Virus record (IMG/VR): IMGVR_UViG_3300038803_000201
Span: 4,188 to 68,187 of that record
Source of the DNA: a virus
DNA length: 64,000 bases
Strand: one strand, 5' to 3'
Shown: positions 17,597 through 27,720 of the stretch, in pieces
Layout of the letters: every line of letters starts with the position of its first letter
Position numbering within the stretch: the stretch's first letter is position 1
The notes under the pieces: model-generated
What the model saw: the letters and a program-made list of their open reading frames with translations, nothing else
Databases searched by the model: none
Told to the model about the DNA's origin: nothing
Program-made: the position numbers and the translations under genes

Positions 17597-18170
17597 ACCC
17601 GACAAATCGCTTGAATGGGCACTTGATCCATGTTTGTTCATTGTTGCTCACTTCCTTGTTCAGCTTATTGAGTTCATGCAGCGACCACTTGAGTTCGTCG
17701 CGGTAGTTGGACGCTTGCCCGTCTCTGCCATAGCCGCAGTAGGCGTCAGCCTGCTCACCACGCAGCAGCGCATCCACAAGAGCTTGGGCGTCCTCGTTCA
17801 CGTTTCGCTGGAGCTTCAGTTTGTCGGGCGGTGTAGTTGGTTCTATTTTCATAGGTCTTTTTTGCCAGCCTCATGGGAGAGCTTTGCGTTCGGCTTAATG
17901 GACGAGTTCCACACGGCGGCTGCGATTCCTGCCGTGAAGTTGTTGCGCTCGCCCATAGCTGTCTCAACGTGCTCACCCGCGCCTGTGGCTGGGTCGTGCT
18001 TGCACTCGCCACACTGTATCCATACCTCGCAGCAGTCCTCGCAGACTTGACGGCTGATGAAGTCGAAGTTGTTAACGTTTCCGCAAATGCACGGATTGAG
18101 AAGTCGCCGCGCCGTGTCAGGGTTCAGTTTCAACGTCCCCCTCCATTTCCAGCCGTAACCAATCCGTGGC
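17597..18170 (+). mobile_element. Degenerate attC-like cassette cluster
   Basis: GC-rich. R' GTTCAGC at 17658; R' GTTCGGCT at 17888 matches R'' AGCCGTAAC at 18151. Confidence 0.6.
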
Positions 18171-18172
18171 AC
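17849..18172 (-). CDS. cassette-borne Lar-like (restriction-alleviation-like) zinc-ribbon protein
   Basis: LNPCICG...WIQCGEC...AAAVWN; attC-derived tail PNAKLSHEAG. Confidence 0.5.
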   Translation of the reverse strand: MPRIGYGWKWRGTLKLNPDTARRLLNPCICGNVNNFDFISRQVCEDCCEVWIQCGECKHDPATGAGEHVETAMGERNNFTAGIAAAVWNSSIKPNAKLSHEAGKKDL

Positions 18173-18426
18173 ATTACGACATCTACAGCAGCTTCAATTA
18201 TTTCTTCGTATGAGGTGGATCTGAAAATACAGTATTTATTTATAAATTCGAGGCTTCCCATATTAGCCCATTTAATTTGTCTGCCGCAGCTAATCAGTGG
18301 CACAATACACCAATACGGATATTTTCGTCTCAGTTCAGCGTCGACCTCATCGCCAGCCTCGGTCCACATTTCCAATGTGTATGAGATGTCCGCGATCACA
18401 GGGTCGTATTTTAATAGATAATACAT
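18130..18426 (-). CDS. MYYL-family paralog, 3' end altered by cassette DNA
   Basis: MYYLLK..LEMW..RSTSYEEIIEAAV. Confidence 0.75.
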   Translation of the reverse strand: MYYLLKYDPVIADISYTLEMWTEAGDEVDAELRRKYPYWCIVPLISCGRQIKWANMGSLEFINKYCIFRSTSYEEIIEAAVDVVMCHGLVTAGNGGGR

Positions 18427-18611
18427 TGCCGCGATTCCAGCCATATTCCGTATACCATCAAAACCCATGCGATTACTACCCATGCATATATAGTCAGCAA
18501 GCCCCACATTCTTTGGCGAGCCAACTCTAATATCAGGGCGCCAAATACCCACATTAGTACTATAAGACACGGTATCATGACTCCAAAAAAACCAATTAAT
18601 ATAAAGTCCAT
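18411..18611 (-). CDS. membrane protein
   Basis: Hydrophobic, 66 aa. Confidence 0.6.
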   Translation of the reverse strand: MDFILIGFFGVMIPCLIVLMWVFGALILELARQRMWGLLTIYAWVVIAWVLMVYGIWLESRQCIIY

Positions 18612-18620
18612 TTCATTCTC

Positions 18621-18860
18621 CTATACAGCATGCAGTGAAGTGGTTTCAATCAGTTCTTCACAGTTTTCCGATTCTTCTAATATCTCTGGCCACGGATTTA
18701 TTTCGTAGAGCTGTCCTGTTGGTATGGTAGTGTTGTTTTCATAGTAAAATATCGTGCGGACGTGCTGTATACGACGCCCATGAGGCGAATGCGCAGCTTG
18801 TGGTATGTCTTCCCATAACTCCAATGTCCGTCTGACGATATTGATTATCAGATATTTCAT
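18621..18860 (-). CDS. MYYL-family paralog
   Basis: MKYL..LELW..ESENCEELIETTSLHAV. Confidence 0.8.
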   Translation of the reverse strand: MKYLIINIVRRTLELWEDIPQAAHSPHGRRIQHVRTIFYYENNTTIPTGQLYEINPWPEILEESENCEELIETTSLHAV

Positions 18861-19297
18861 TCGTCCGAATATTTGTCAACGAGACTCTCGGGCAGATCGA
18901 GTACCAATTCCTCACTGATATACTTCACTACATCGTTAGGGCTGGCTTGGTGTGCCACAGCCAAAAACTTAATATACGTATCAATCTTATTAACACAACC
19001 CTTGATTTTCTTTTTCTGTTCGACAGGAGTCCTAATATCCTGTATTTCAGTGACGCTATCAATGGAGCCGTCCTCTTCGATGCGAACCTCTGTGAGAATG
19101 GGGACAACAAAACACAGACTGTCATCATAGTCGTCCAACAGTTTTTCGAGAGCTTTGATTTGGGTGTTAGTCAAGCGTTGTATGGCGATGTCATTGCGGA
19201 GATCGATGATCTCTTTAACTAAAGCATTTTTTTGCTTTTCCAATTCCGCGATTTTAGCCTTCGCATGGTGGATTTTTTTCCGTTTATCTGTTTTCAT
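18857..19297 (-). CDS. hypothetical coiled-coil protein
   Basis: Similar layout to 17067..17480. Confidence 0.75.
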   Translation of the reverse strand: MKTDKRKKIHHAKAKIAELEKQKNALVKEIIDLRNDIAIQRLTNTQIKALEKLLDDYDDSLCFVVPILTEVRIEEDGSIDSVTEIQDIRTPVEQKKKIKGCVNKIDTYIKFLAVAHQASPNDVVKYISEELVLDLPESLVDKYSDE

Positions 19298-19298
19298 A

Positions 19299-19514
19299 TT
19301 ATCCCATATCTCCTGATCCTTCTAGACATTCACGGGTTTTGGCATCATACTTTTGGCCTTTGCCCACACCCAAGCCCTTGCCATACCGTTTGTGACAACT
19401 CGGGCACATCAAGGCCCAAGAACCGTAAATAGTATTCCCATCCACAAAATATTTGACTAGCTTGAGATCTGTTTTGCAGATATCACATTCGTCGTGTGCA
19501 CTAAGCCATTTCAT
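19299..19514 (-). CDS. small zinc-binding phage protein
   Basis: CDIC..DG.T..G.WALMCPSCH..GLG.GKGQKY. Confidence 0.75.
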   Translation of the reverse strand: MKWLSAHDECDICKTDLKLVKYFVDGNTIYGSWALMCPSCHKRYGKGLGVGKGQKYDAKTRECLEGSGDMG

Positions 19515-19515
19515 A

Positions 19516-20058
19516 TTACCTCCGAATTAATTCTCTCGCCCAGCTGCCTTGCCAATCGCATCGTCTTCCGTATTTGCGGTGAAGCGTCATCATCGACGGA
19601 AGATTGGCCTCACAAATACTAGGCCAAATATCATGCCACACCATGCGATATCGTTTTCCTTTGGGTGGCTTATATTCCAAAGCGTTTGCCTGAATAATAG
19701 TTACCCGGGGATCAGATGTATATGAAGGACCCACCAATTTGATAACCTCTTCGCTGATCTCTATCACAGTAACATCCGTGACACAGTCTTTGAGAAGAAT
19801 ATTGTGCAGCACCATTCCAATTCCTAAGCCATTGATCAGACAGCTTCCCCCGGCACGAAAAACAGGAAGCATGTGATCCCTCTGCTCTGCTGGTGTATCT
19901 GACATAATCAGATTTCCTTTATGCATGAGGCGAGTGAACGATTCACCGATAGGAACACTGCGCCCTGATTTCAGAGCCGACCAATCAGTACGGTCAGTAG
20001 TGAACCTTTCTATTTTATAGTCACCACATATACCTTCAGGAATGTTTACCTTTTGCAT
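19516..20058 (-). CDS. SAM-dependent methyltransferase (spermidine-synthase-like fold)
   Basis: LINGLGIG, VTVIEISEEVI, NALEY, HDIW. Confidence 0.8.
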   Translation of the reverse strand: MQKVNIPEGICGDYKIERFTTDRTDWSALKSGRSVPIGESFTRLMHKGNLIMSDTPAEQRDHMLPVFRAGGSCLINGLGIGMVLHNILLKDCVTDVTVIEISEEVIKLVGPSYTSDPRVTIIQANALEYKPPKGKRYRMVWHDIWPSICEANLPSMMTLHRKYGRRCDWQGSWARELIRR

Positions 20059-20096
20059 GGCATAATAATATGATAATGCGCATTAATAATCAAGGA

Positions 20097-20333
20097 TTAT
20101 CCTTTGCTCGATAGGATGTGTGTCATGGCTTCCACTAGAATGTCATCATAGGACTCGGATGAATATATCACATACCCAGCCAGCATAAAGGACTCCTCTG
20201 AACAAGGGCAAACTACTATCTTATCATCATTGACGCGTTTGAGAATATCAACGCGGTGAAGGGATTTATCCCACTGAGCATCAGACTTCCACACAGTAAG
20301 CCATCCAAGTGGATATGTGGCTAGATGATACAT
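20097..20333 (-). CDS. MYYL-family paralog
   Basis: MYHL..LTVW..SSESYDDILVEAM. Confidence 0.8.
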   Translation of the reverse strand: MYHLATYPLGWLTVWKSDAQWDKSLHRVDILKRVNDDKIVVCPCSEESFMLAGYVIYSSESYDDILVEAMTHILSSKG

Positions 20334-20566
20334 TACAGGGCCATCAAAGAGGCCTCAACCATGATTTCATCCAGAGACTCAGTGCTGTATAACTCCCCGA
20401 AAATTATCCAGAATGTATCAGATCTGAAGGGAGACATATACCCATAATCTTTATCTGTTGGGCTTCTGTTAGTTAGTAGGGCTACTAAGATCATTTGCGA
20501 ACATTCCTTGTGTTCACGCCACACACTTAGAGCTTTAGTGGTCTTATTGAACACAAGGTGATACAC
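20333..20566 (-). CDS. MYYL-family paralog
   Basis: MYHL..LSVW..STESLDEIMVEASLMAL. Confidence 0.8.
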   Translation of the reverse strand: MYHLVFNKTTKALSVWREHKECSQMILVALLTNRSPTDKDYGYMSPFRSDTFWIIFGELYSTESLDEIMVEASLMAL

Positions 20567-20573
20567 AGATCTC

Positions 20574-20963
20574 CTAGGGGGCCGCGGGCTTATTGCTGTC
20601 GATGATCTGGTTGAGTTCTCCCTTGAGAGCTTCGAGGCCGAGATCCATCAACTCAGGAAAATCCTTTTGAACCATTTCGGAGTTAACGATTACAGGCACC
20701 ATGTAGATGATAGCCATTTCCTTTTTGTCAGGAATAAGGCCACCAAGCATACAGAGTAGCACACCAATAGTAGCATACTTCTTGAGCTTGGGTGGGGTAA
20801 TCAGAGATGCTGGGGGCTTATCCCCGTCACCATCCGCCATCATACACAACTTTAACATGACTGCTCCGCCAGTTATGAATAATATAACAGCACCTGTAGT
20901 AATAAGCCAAGTGGAAATGACACCAATTTTGAGAACTAAATAAACTAACCATGCACTAATCAT
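20574..20963 (-). CDS. membrane protein
   Basis: TM segments, IP.KKEMAIIY motif. Confidence 0.75.
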   Translation of the reverse strand: MISAWLVYLVLKIGVISTWLITTGAVILFITGGAVMLKLCMMADGDGDKPPASLITPPKLKKYATIGVLLCMLGGLIPDKKEMAIIYMVPVIVNSEMVQKDFPELMDLGLEALKGELNQIIDSNKPAAP

Positions 20964-20964
20964 A

Positions 20965-21159
20965 TTATACTCCTTTTGCTTTGATTTGGGATACTTGTTT
21001 ACAATAACTACACGTCAACTTACAGCCTTCTTTGTCAATCCGTTCTTTCATACCTTTCAGTAGAGCGGAGGCTATCAGCCCACCCCAGCATGTGGTTTCT
21101 ATTAGGGATTCTTTACCACATTTAGGACAAAATATTCCAGTTGACAGCGATAACTTCAT
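20965..21159 (-). CDS. small zinc-ribbon protein
   Basis: CPKC...CSYC. Confidence 0.6.
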   Translation of the reverse strand: MKLSLSTGIFCPKCGKESLIETTCWGGLIASALLKGMKERIDKEGCKLTCSYCKQVSQIKAKGV

Positions 21160-21165
21160 ACGATA

Positions 21166-21450
21166 TTATAGTATATACATCATAGCTTCTGCCACGATAT
21201 TCTTTTTATTTTTGTGGGTGAAAATGGATTTCAGTTTGATTATATCGCGCGGCCATTTGGTGCCAACAGATATACCTTTGTCCTGTAGATCCCAAGGGAT
21301 AAACGGAACATTATTCGAAAAAGGTGGTAATATTTCATTAGCAGTCCCTGTATTGCCTCTTGTTAATTGTTTAACACATACAGCGAATCCCTGATGTTTA
21401 TCTTTCCAGATATACATCGACTTTTCGTATACAACCAAATAGTACATCAC
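21166..21450 (-). CDS. MYYL-family paralog
   Basis: MYYLVV..MYIW..NIVAEAMMYIL. Confidence 0.8.
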   Translation of the reverse strand: MMYYLVVYEKSMYIWKDKHQGFAVCVKQLTRGNTGTANEILPPFSNNVPFIPWDLQDKGISVGTKWPRDIIKLKSIFTHKNKKNIVAEAMMYIL

Positions 21451-21710
21451 AGAGCCATAAGTGTTAAGTCCACAATAATGCTATCAAGACAGTAATGTGT
21501 TGCAATGATTTTACTATTATGTAGTGCTTTGTGTTTGTGTAGTCTTTTAGGTATGTTTTCGCTAGCAATATATGTTAGATGGTTTTTTCGCTTTTCGGCC
21601 GGCACTGGAATGAGACCTAAAAAATCCCAGTAGACAGACTCGTCGGCCGATGCCTTCCAATAGACCACATCCCCGTTTTTATGCCGGACAATATAATATA
21701 TCGGTGACAT
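21447..21710 (-). CDS. MYYL-family paralog
   Basis: IYYIV..VVYW..LDSIIVDLTLMAL. Confidence 0.75.
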   Translation of the reverse strand: MSPIYYIVRHKNGDVVYWKASADESVYWDFLGLIPVPAEKRKNHLTYIASENIPKRLHKHKALHNSKIIATHYCLDSIIVDLTLMAL

Positions 21711-21940
21711 TAATCCATTTCCGGTGCACTTGCGCGGGCGTCTACTCGCCATCCACAAGACTCACATTCGAATGTTCGAGAGCAACACGGATACGAACGA
21801 CCACATTCATGCAGTTTAAGGGCATTGGGTGAAGATTTAATTCGAGGGGCATTACAGCCACAGCGAGGGCATTGGATATGATCCCATTCCCGAGGAACCC
21901 TATCTGCTTCTACAATTTCTGTTCTCCTCCAAATAGTCAT
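21710..21940 (-). CDS. Cys-rich hypothetical protein
   Basis: CPRC, CESC. Confidence 0.65.
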   Translation of the reverse strand: MTIWRRTEIVEADRVPREWDHIQCPRCGCNAPRIKSSPNALKLHECGRSYPCCSRTFECESCGWRVDARASAPEMD

Positions 21941-21952
21941 GATCAGATCCTT

Positions 21953-22183
21953 TCATGCGTATTCTGCCCAATTAATTGGCTTGCCGTCTACTTTGTTTCG
22001 CCATCTTCCTTCTCTCATTGGAGCACCCAATTCAGTATCTCCATCCCATTCCCAGTAGACATGATAGTCTCCATCATGGAATAAGCAGAGATGACGCGTA
22101 ACCCCACCACCGCTGCTGAGAATAGCTAGTTTGTGTATAGGCTTGGTATCAAAGCGCTTCTCAATAGATTCCTTTACGTTCAC
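21953..22183 (-). CDS. hypothetical protein
   Basis: TATTAT-6nt-GTG start. Confidence 0.65.
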   Translation of the reverse strand: MNVKESIEKRFDTKPIHKLAILSSGGGVTRHLCLFHDGDYHVYWEWDGDTELGAPMREGRWRNKVDGKPINWAEYA

Positions 22184-22224
22184 GCTATTATAATAGCTAA
22201 AGGTCGATAAACGGGCAACTAAAA

Positions 22225-22581
22225 TTAGGCGACTTCCGCTCTTTCCATGGCGTAACGGAGTAGAGATTTGAAGAGTTGAGGATCAAGTTTGAGTTGTTCT
22301 GTGTCTCGCAACGGATTGCCGTCTGGATCAGATTCTGTAACTTCGAACTTGACATTATCCACATTGTCAGTTCTGATTATATATGGGCCATATCCAGTTT
22401 CGCGGTCATAGTCGGAATCGTCAATCATTTCATTATCGAAAGTCAAATTGATTTCATACTGTTTACCAGGTTGTCCGAATGACTCACCAGGAATTTCATA
22501 TGCATGGAATTTCATAGACTCCATCCACTGATTACTTTCAGACAAATATTTGCTACAAATGGCTCCAAACTCGTTTTTCAT
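22225..22581 (-). CDS. hypothetical acidic, possible late/virion-internal protein
   Basis: CATAAATA box before MKNEFGAICSKYLSES. Confidence 0.7.
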   Translation of the reverse strand: MKNEFGAICSKYLSESNQWMESMKFHAYEIPGESFGQPGKQYEINLTFDNEMIDDSDYDRETGYGPYIIRTDNVDNVKFEVTESDPDGNPLRDTEQLKLDPQLFKSLLRYAMERAEVA

Positions 22582-22589
22582 ACAAATAT

Positions 22590-23278
22590 TTATGGGGCCA
22601 CGGCGTCCAAAACTTGGAGATGTGCCATATTTTGTACTTCGGGAAGGTTCCAATATTCTTCCCATTGCGCCATGAACCGCTTCAATTCTTCAGATTGGTG
22701 TTTTGGTTCACTATAAGTTATTCGGGGAATGAAAGCACTTTTGGGTGTTGCTCTGAGAACAAATTCACCAGTTTGATATACATACTTCATGTATATCTTA
22801 TCACCATTAACTGCTTCGGTATACTTAGATGATCTGGCTGCGGCTTCCATCTGATTACATGGCGTGTCCAATATACACCAATAGCTATCTGGGGAGCTCA
22901 TTACAATCACCGTATCCCTGGGAAGTTGTTTAACTAACATATCAGTGGTTACGATTTTTGTGTCTGAATTTGCAAATAATTGATCTACTGTAGAAGCATC
23001 TACATCAACCACAGGGAATCTTAACCCCCCACCGATATCTGTTGATATGTAAATGCGAGGTTTAAGCTGCATTTGAATAGACATCGTGGCATAGGTCAAT
23101 GCATCTCGGAGGGAAACCTCTATATACTTCCCCGTTTCGTATGTGTCTTTAATATTTTGTGGTGCATTGACCGCGGATGAAGTTGATGCCCCCATCCCAT
23201 TCCTGCAACAGAAGCACCCTTTGCTTCTGTTGCAGGTTTCCGGAGTTGATGCCCCAGTTCTTGCATAACCATTTTCAT
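22590..23278 (-). CDS. hypothetical protein, apparently frameshifted near 5' end
   Basis: MKMVMQ.. (23278) joins 22590..23195 if one ATGGG copy is removed. Confidence 0.55.
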
Positions 23279-23682
23279 TTGGTCAACCATTCCTCTAAAG
23301 GAACGGCCTTTTCGCCATCCCAAACAGTAATGGGAATATCATTTTCCTTCAACCAATTAACCATTCGGATAAATACATCACATACTCGTGCGTGTGGATA
23401 TGGAGTGGTTATGCCCCCACTGCAAGTGTATTTTCCTAATGAGTCACCAGCACCGTTATTGCGACAAGCCCACATCGTCAGTAAGTTGGTATGGCCCATC
23501 AAATGATTCCCAGCCACAGCAAAGCAGATATTGCCATAAAATCCGTTGGCATTATCCATGAACACACATCCGACGGGATATTCCTTTGCAGGCCCTCTGG
23601 ACTCACATTGCACCGCATCGGCTTCCGTGGACCAGCGACACCCACAGATACCACAATCCCAGAATTTAATTTTATTTACCAT
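23275..23682 (-). CDS. hypothetical protein
   Basis: CGIC N-terminus, coupled ORF. Confidence 0.7.
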   Translation of the reverse strand: MVNKIKFWDCGICGCRWSTEADAVQCESRGPAKEYPVGCVFMDNANGFYGNICFAVAGNHLMGHTNLLTMWACRNNGAGDSLGKYTCSGGITTPYPHARVCDVFIRMVNWLKENDIPITVWDGEKAVPLEEWLTK

Positions 23683-23685
23683 GAC

Positions 23686-24327
23686 TCACCCATTAGTGCC
23701 GGTGCAAGCCGTATGCATGATAATCCAATCCTGCATGGCCGACTCAATGGCTACACGGAGCTTGTCGCCGGAGATATCCTGGATTTGCTGGCACAGGTCC
23801 TTGTCCAGGCCAACCTGCTTCTTGGTGGAAATTTTGGGAATCCGAACCTCCGAAACCCGGTGGATGATGAACGGATTGGCGCCCTTGAGTACTTCCGATT
23901 TGTACTTGTCGACGATCGCTTGGGCTTTTTCATCCAAAGCCGTCAGAGCATAACCGCGATTACGCATCTTGGATACCTTGAGACCGAACAACTCGGCCTG
24001 CTTCTTGAAGACTTTGTTGTGGTATTGGGTGCGGGTGCAATCAGGCCTCTGAAGGATGTAGTTCTTGAGGTGCGTCATTTCGTGAATAACCGTCTCCGCG
24101 ATAGCATCCACCGTGCGATTGAGATGATCTGCGGCAATATTGATTTCATGCAGGCGCTCCTGCCCATGAGCCCAGCGACTCTGATAAAACCAACCGAGAT
24201 ATCGGGACTTGCCGGAATTGGGGATCAGGGCGAACACCACATTTTCCGGAAGGTCGGCTTCCAGAGCCTTGTTGAAGTATTTGTACATGTCTTCGAGCTG
24301 AGTAACGATGTTGTTGATACCTTGCAT
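23686..24327 (-). CDS. SprT-like zinc metalloprotease
   Basis: EINI..., TVIHEMTH, YHNKVFK; AAGGAG SD. Confidence 0.85.
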   Translation of the reverse strand: MQGINNIVTQLEDMYKYFNKALEADLPENVVFALIPNSGKSRYLGWFYQSRWAHGQERLHEINIAADHLNRTVDAIAETVIHEMTHLKNYILQRPDCTRTQYHNKVFKKQAELFGLKVSKMRNRGYALTALDEKAQAIVDKYKSEVLKGANPFIIHRVSEVRIPKISTKKQVGLDKDLCQQIQDISGDKLRVAIESAMQDWIIMHTACTGTNG

Positions 24328-24389
24328 AAATATCTCCTTATGATGGGTATATAATAGAGGATACGCCAATAAGTTGCCCGATTAATCGA

Positions 24390-24791
24390 CTATTCTTTTG
24401 AGCTTATTACTTGCAGGAATTTGATGGCATGCTGCAACCCAGTTTCAGTTGGCTCGAACCGGGCAATCGGTGACATATACTTTTTGTTTTCACTAAAGTG
24501 TGGATCAATGTTCTTTTGCTTTATAAGATCAGTGATTTTGCCTTTGTACACCATAATCTTCTTACCTTCGTAGTTGGTGCAGTCCGGGTAGATGATACAC
24601 ACCACGAAATGGCTTTCGCTCTCGACATAGTAATCGATTTTGAAATTAGATGGATCCGGATTAGGAAGCTTTACATACTCCTTTTCCACGCGAGTCTGTA
24701 CTACAGTTCGAGGACTACTGCAATTACAGTTACAACGACAATTACACTTCTCGTCGTATGTACTATTACTTCCGAAAAGACTCATTCCCAT
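24390..24791 (-). CDS. hypothetical conserved phage protein
   Basis: PNPDP..YPDCTNYEGKKI..DPHF..PIARFEPT. Confidence 0.75.
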   Translation of the reverse strand: MGMSLFGSNSTYDEKCNCRCNCNCSSPRTVVQTRVEKEYVKLPNPDPSNFKIDYYVESESHFVVCIIYPDCTNYEGKKIMVYKGKITDLIKQKNIDPHFSENKKYMSPIARFEPTETGLQHAIKFLQVISSKE

Positions 24792-24824
24792 TAGCGTACC
24801 CTCTGAATTTTGTTATTCCTCATA

Positions 24825-25889
24825 TCAAAAAAGCAACGAATAATCTTTGGTGTCAATAACCGGTTCTAACACCAATGTAAAGCCACTTTCGTTTGCAAAC
24901 ACGTACCTACCATTCACACATTTCTCTAGCAGTATTCCGTCTTCATCAAACTCCTGACATCTCTCTGTTTTTCCAATCTTATAGTATGCTGAGATAATAT
25001 CCCCCCTTATGTGCATGGGTGACCCGAGATATACATGTTTATCTGAAAGTAATTTATTTTTACTGTTATACAGTAACATTTTAAATCTACTATCCCCTCT
25101 AAACTCTTCACCAGGGCGAGCGTTCAACATCTTCATAGATTGACCGACAGTTTCTCCATATCTGTTCATTTCCTCTACGAGCGCCTTTAAAATATCAAAG
25201 TTGAAAGATCCAAAGAATTTACTGAATTTAACAACCATTTCTGTTTGCTCTTTATCCTTGAGGCAATCTTTGCAATAATCCCTAATTTCATCTTCTTCCA
25301 TTCCTTTGAATGAGATAGAGTAAAATATGCGCCCAGGGCGATTGCGCATATGCTCGTCAATACGCCATTTATCGTTACAGGTAAGTATGAACATTTTTTT
25401 GGATTGAAATATGCCGTCCAGAAGAGTTAGCATGCTTGTTTGCTCCTCTTTATCGTACACCTTTTCAAATTCATCAAAAATGATGATCATAGGCTGTTCA
25501 ATACGTTGTATGAACGCGTTAAATTTATCTCCAAAAAGAGGTTCACTGATAACCAGAGTCGGCATATTGTACTCGGTGGCACATTTTACCGATATCAATT
25601 TAGCCAATAAAGATTTGCCGCTCCCCTTATCACCCTCAAGCAACACACCTGTTGATGTGTCTCGTGAAAAAAACGTATTAATGATGCGAGTGGCCTTGTC
25701 ACTAAGACTGCCATATATTTTTTTCGGCATTTCAAAGTTGTTGATTGAATCGATATATAACTCTTCCGACATGGGTTTTACTTTAATCTGATACACACCC
25801 GGGGGAATGTGATCTGTTATATCCATATTCTGGTGATCAGTAATGAATAATGCAGACCCATGTTTAATGTAAAATGTTTTTTTGTTCAT
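24825..25889 (-). CDS. AAA+ ATPase
   Basis: GDKGSGKS, IIIFDEFEK, NRPGRI. Confidence 0.9.
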   Translation of the reverse strand: MNKKTFYIKHGSALFITDHQNMDITDHIPPGVYQIKVKPMSEELYIDSINNFEMPKKIYGSLSDKATRIINTFFSRDTSTGVLLEGDKGSGKSLLAKLISVKCATEYNMPTLVISEPLFGDKFNAFIQRIEQPMIIIFDEFEKVYDKEEQTSMLTLLDGIFQSKKMFILTCNDKWRIDEHMRNRPGRIFYSISFKGMEEDEIRDYCKDCLKDKEQTEMVVKFSKFFGSFNFDILKALVEEMNRYGETVGQSMKMLNARPGEEFRGDSRFKMLLYNSKNKLLSDKHVYLGSPMHIRGDIISAYYKIGKTERCQEFDEDGILLEKCVNGRYVFANESGFTLVLEPVIDTKDYSLLF

Positions 25890-25907
25890 TAGTAAACCGT
25901 TATAATC

Positions 25908-26165
25908 TCAAGCACATACATGTTTTGAAAAGTTCTTCATGACAGAACGAGCACCATTGGGAACATAGTATTTTGTGGTCTTTGTAAAAGTTTCGTTCGA
26001 CATAATACAAATAGAAGGACTAGTTTTCTCACTAAAACACATTCGACCTTTCAATCTCGGTGGTTGAACAATTTTAGCACATACCATGCACAAAAGAGTA
26101 TCAGGAAGAATAGCAATTCTTTCAGACTCAATATCACCGCGGCACCGCATGCATTGCACGTTCAT
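25908..26165 (-). CDS. DksA/TraR-type C4 zinc-finger protein
   Basis: CMRC.GDI..ER...LP...LCMVC. Confidence 0.75.
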   Translation of the reverse strand: MNVQCMRCRGDIESERIAILPDTLLCMVCAKIVQPPRLKGRMCFSEKTSPSICIMSNETFTKTTKYYVPNGARSVMKNFSKHVCA

Positions 26166-26473
26166 TGGTTTCCCTTTTTATTTGACGATTTCTTTGCACT
26201 TTGTGTTTTGGGTGGGGGCATCTTTCCCAGGTTTCAGACAGCTGGAAACCATCACACCATTCAATCCCATTACCACTTTGATCCCATAATACACAAGACC
26301 GGCAAAAACGGCAACCTATATCCTTTTTTGTGTTCATCCTACCATGACCCATACAACCCAAATCCAGAAGGTGCCTGTTGCTGCATACTCCAATGGAGCC
26401 GCACTCTTGGTACCAATACAGGCAAGCCCGCAACTAATCCACATCGCACAAGCTAGTATCAAATAATTGTTAA

Positions 26474-26824
26474 TCATATAGGTTTCTCCAAAGTGGCTTT
26501 CCATTTGGGAATCTTCCACTCACCCTTGACGTCGTCCCACGGACGATCGGTTTCTTCATGGGTGGCCTCAATCCATTCGATAGCATCTTTCAGAGCCTCT
26601 CGGGTGGCTTTTAGTGTGTCCATAGTTCTATGTAATTGAGCATGCGAGCTATTATGCCACTTTTCTTTGAAATGAGCATCACTTTTTTCCTGTCTCGCTT
26701 TAACAGATTCCGGATGATGGGTCTTACAGAATCCATCCTTCCATGCCTTCCGAGTACACTGATACCCATGAAAACACCCCCATCGCTCCTTGGGATATAC
26801 GGTTTCGCTACACTGGATCGTCAT
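26474..26824 (-). CDS. hypothetical protein
   Basis: C..QC.RK....FC..HHP motif. Confidence 0.7.
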   Translation of the reverse strand: MTIQCSETVYPKERWGCFHGYQCTRKAWKDGFCKTHHPESVKARQEKSDAHFKEKWHNSSHAQLHRTMDTLKATREALKDAIEWIEATHEETDRPWDDVKGEWKIPKWKATLEKPI

Positions 26825-26955
26825 ATTTGCCGCTCTTTCTGTCTTGATTGATCCGTTCTTGGAAAACTCCTACAAGCGCCCCGATAAAATACCCGATGAA
26901 AAAAATACAAAATATAATGTAAGTGTCAAATTGCATTAGGTCTCCTAAATGAATA

Positions 26956-27237
26956 TCACACGGAGGCTCCCTTTCCGAACATAGACAAAGATACGGCATA
27001 TCTATCTAAGGCCTTCTGTGCTGTTTCGGAATCCACATAAGGACCGATGACAGCTGACTCGGTTTCATCGTAGAAGTACCAACCTGGTGTAGTATACCCT
27101 TCGTATCCTTGGAAGTTATCGTCAAACTCGAATACTTCGATCTTATCACTAGGAGATTCAACTTTAGGTATCTCAATGGTCCGAGGGATTCCGTCCCCAT
27201 CGTGATATATTCTAACCTGAATATTGTTATTAGTCAT
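26956..27237 (-). CDS. hypothetical protein
   Basis: AAGGA SD; GWYFYDET..GPY. Confidence 0.7.
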   Translation of the reverse strand: MTNNNIQVRIYHDGDGIPRTIEIPKVESPSDKIEVFEFDDNFQGYEGYTTPGWYFYDETESAVIGPYVDSETAQKALDRYAVSLSMFGKGASV

Positions 27238-27366
27238 ATGTTCCTTATTTGAAAATACAATAAATAAGTACACAGAGCACAACAACCGGCGCCCATATCT
27301 CACTTATTTGTGACCAATCAGTAAGGCCGCACGCCTCACTACAAACATGTATAGTTTCGTTTGTCA

Positions 27367-27720
27367 TTATTTTACCTTTAAGAGTATTAACCCAGCCAAT
27401 ATCATAGCATACCCTACGTAATTAGCCACGCTAAAAGAGGAATGTAGACCTTGAATAAAATAGGTTCCAAATGTGAATCCTGTAAACAATATGATATCAT
27501 ATAACACACCATCAAAAAACAGATTAGTTGAGTATCTGGATATAATGGCCCATAAAGGAACACATCCCATTATCCATACCACAAACATAGCCTGCCATGT
27601 AGTCGAATTCTGATTCCAATTGGACAACCATGCGTATGCTATGGTATGAAGGATCAGAATTGGAACCCACCATAGATAATGGTTCAATCTGGTATACTCC
27701 GACATAGTCTGCACGGACAT
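27367..27720 (-). CDS. 4-TM membrane protein (SMR/EamA-like)
   Basis: Four hydrophobic helices, G..MILAGLILLK end. Confidence 0.65.
   Translation of the reverse strand: MSVQTMSEYTRLNHYLWWVPILILHTIAYAWLSNWNQNSTTWQAMFVVWIMGCVPLWAIISRYSTNLFFDGVLYDIILFTGFTFGTYFIQGLHSSFSVANYVGYAMILAGLILLKVK

Noticed and set aside
17481..17852. N-terminal extension making 17067..17852 one 261-aa gene
   Set aside because: It reads through cassette remnants and a promoter; the native gene has its own SD and ATG at 17480.
23491..24354. 287-aa plus-strand ORF (also 44812..45585 and 45710..46471)
   Set aside because: Antisense shadows of codon-biased real genes, with no motifs.
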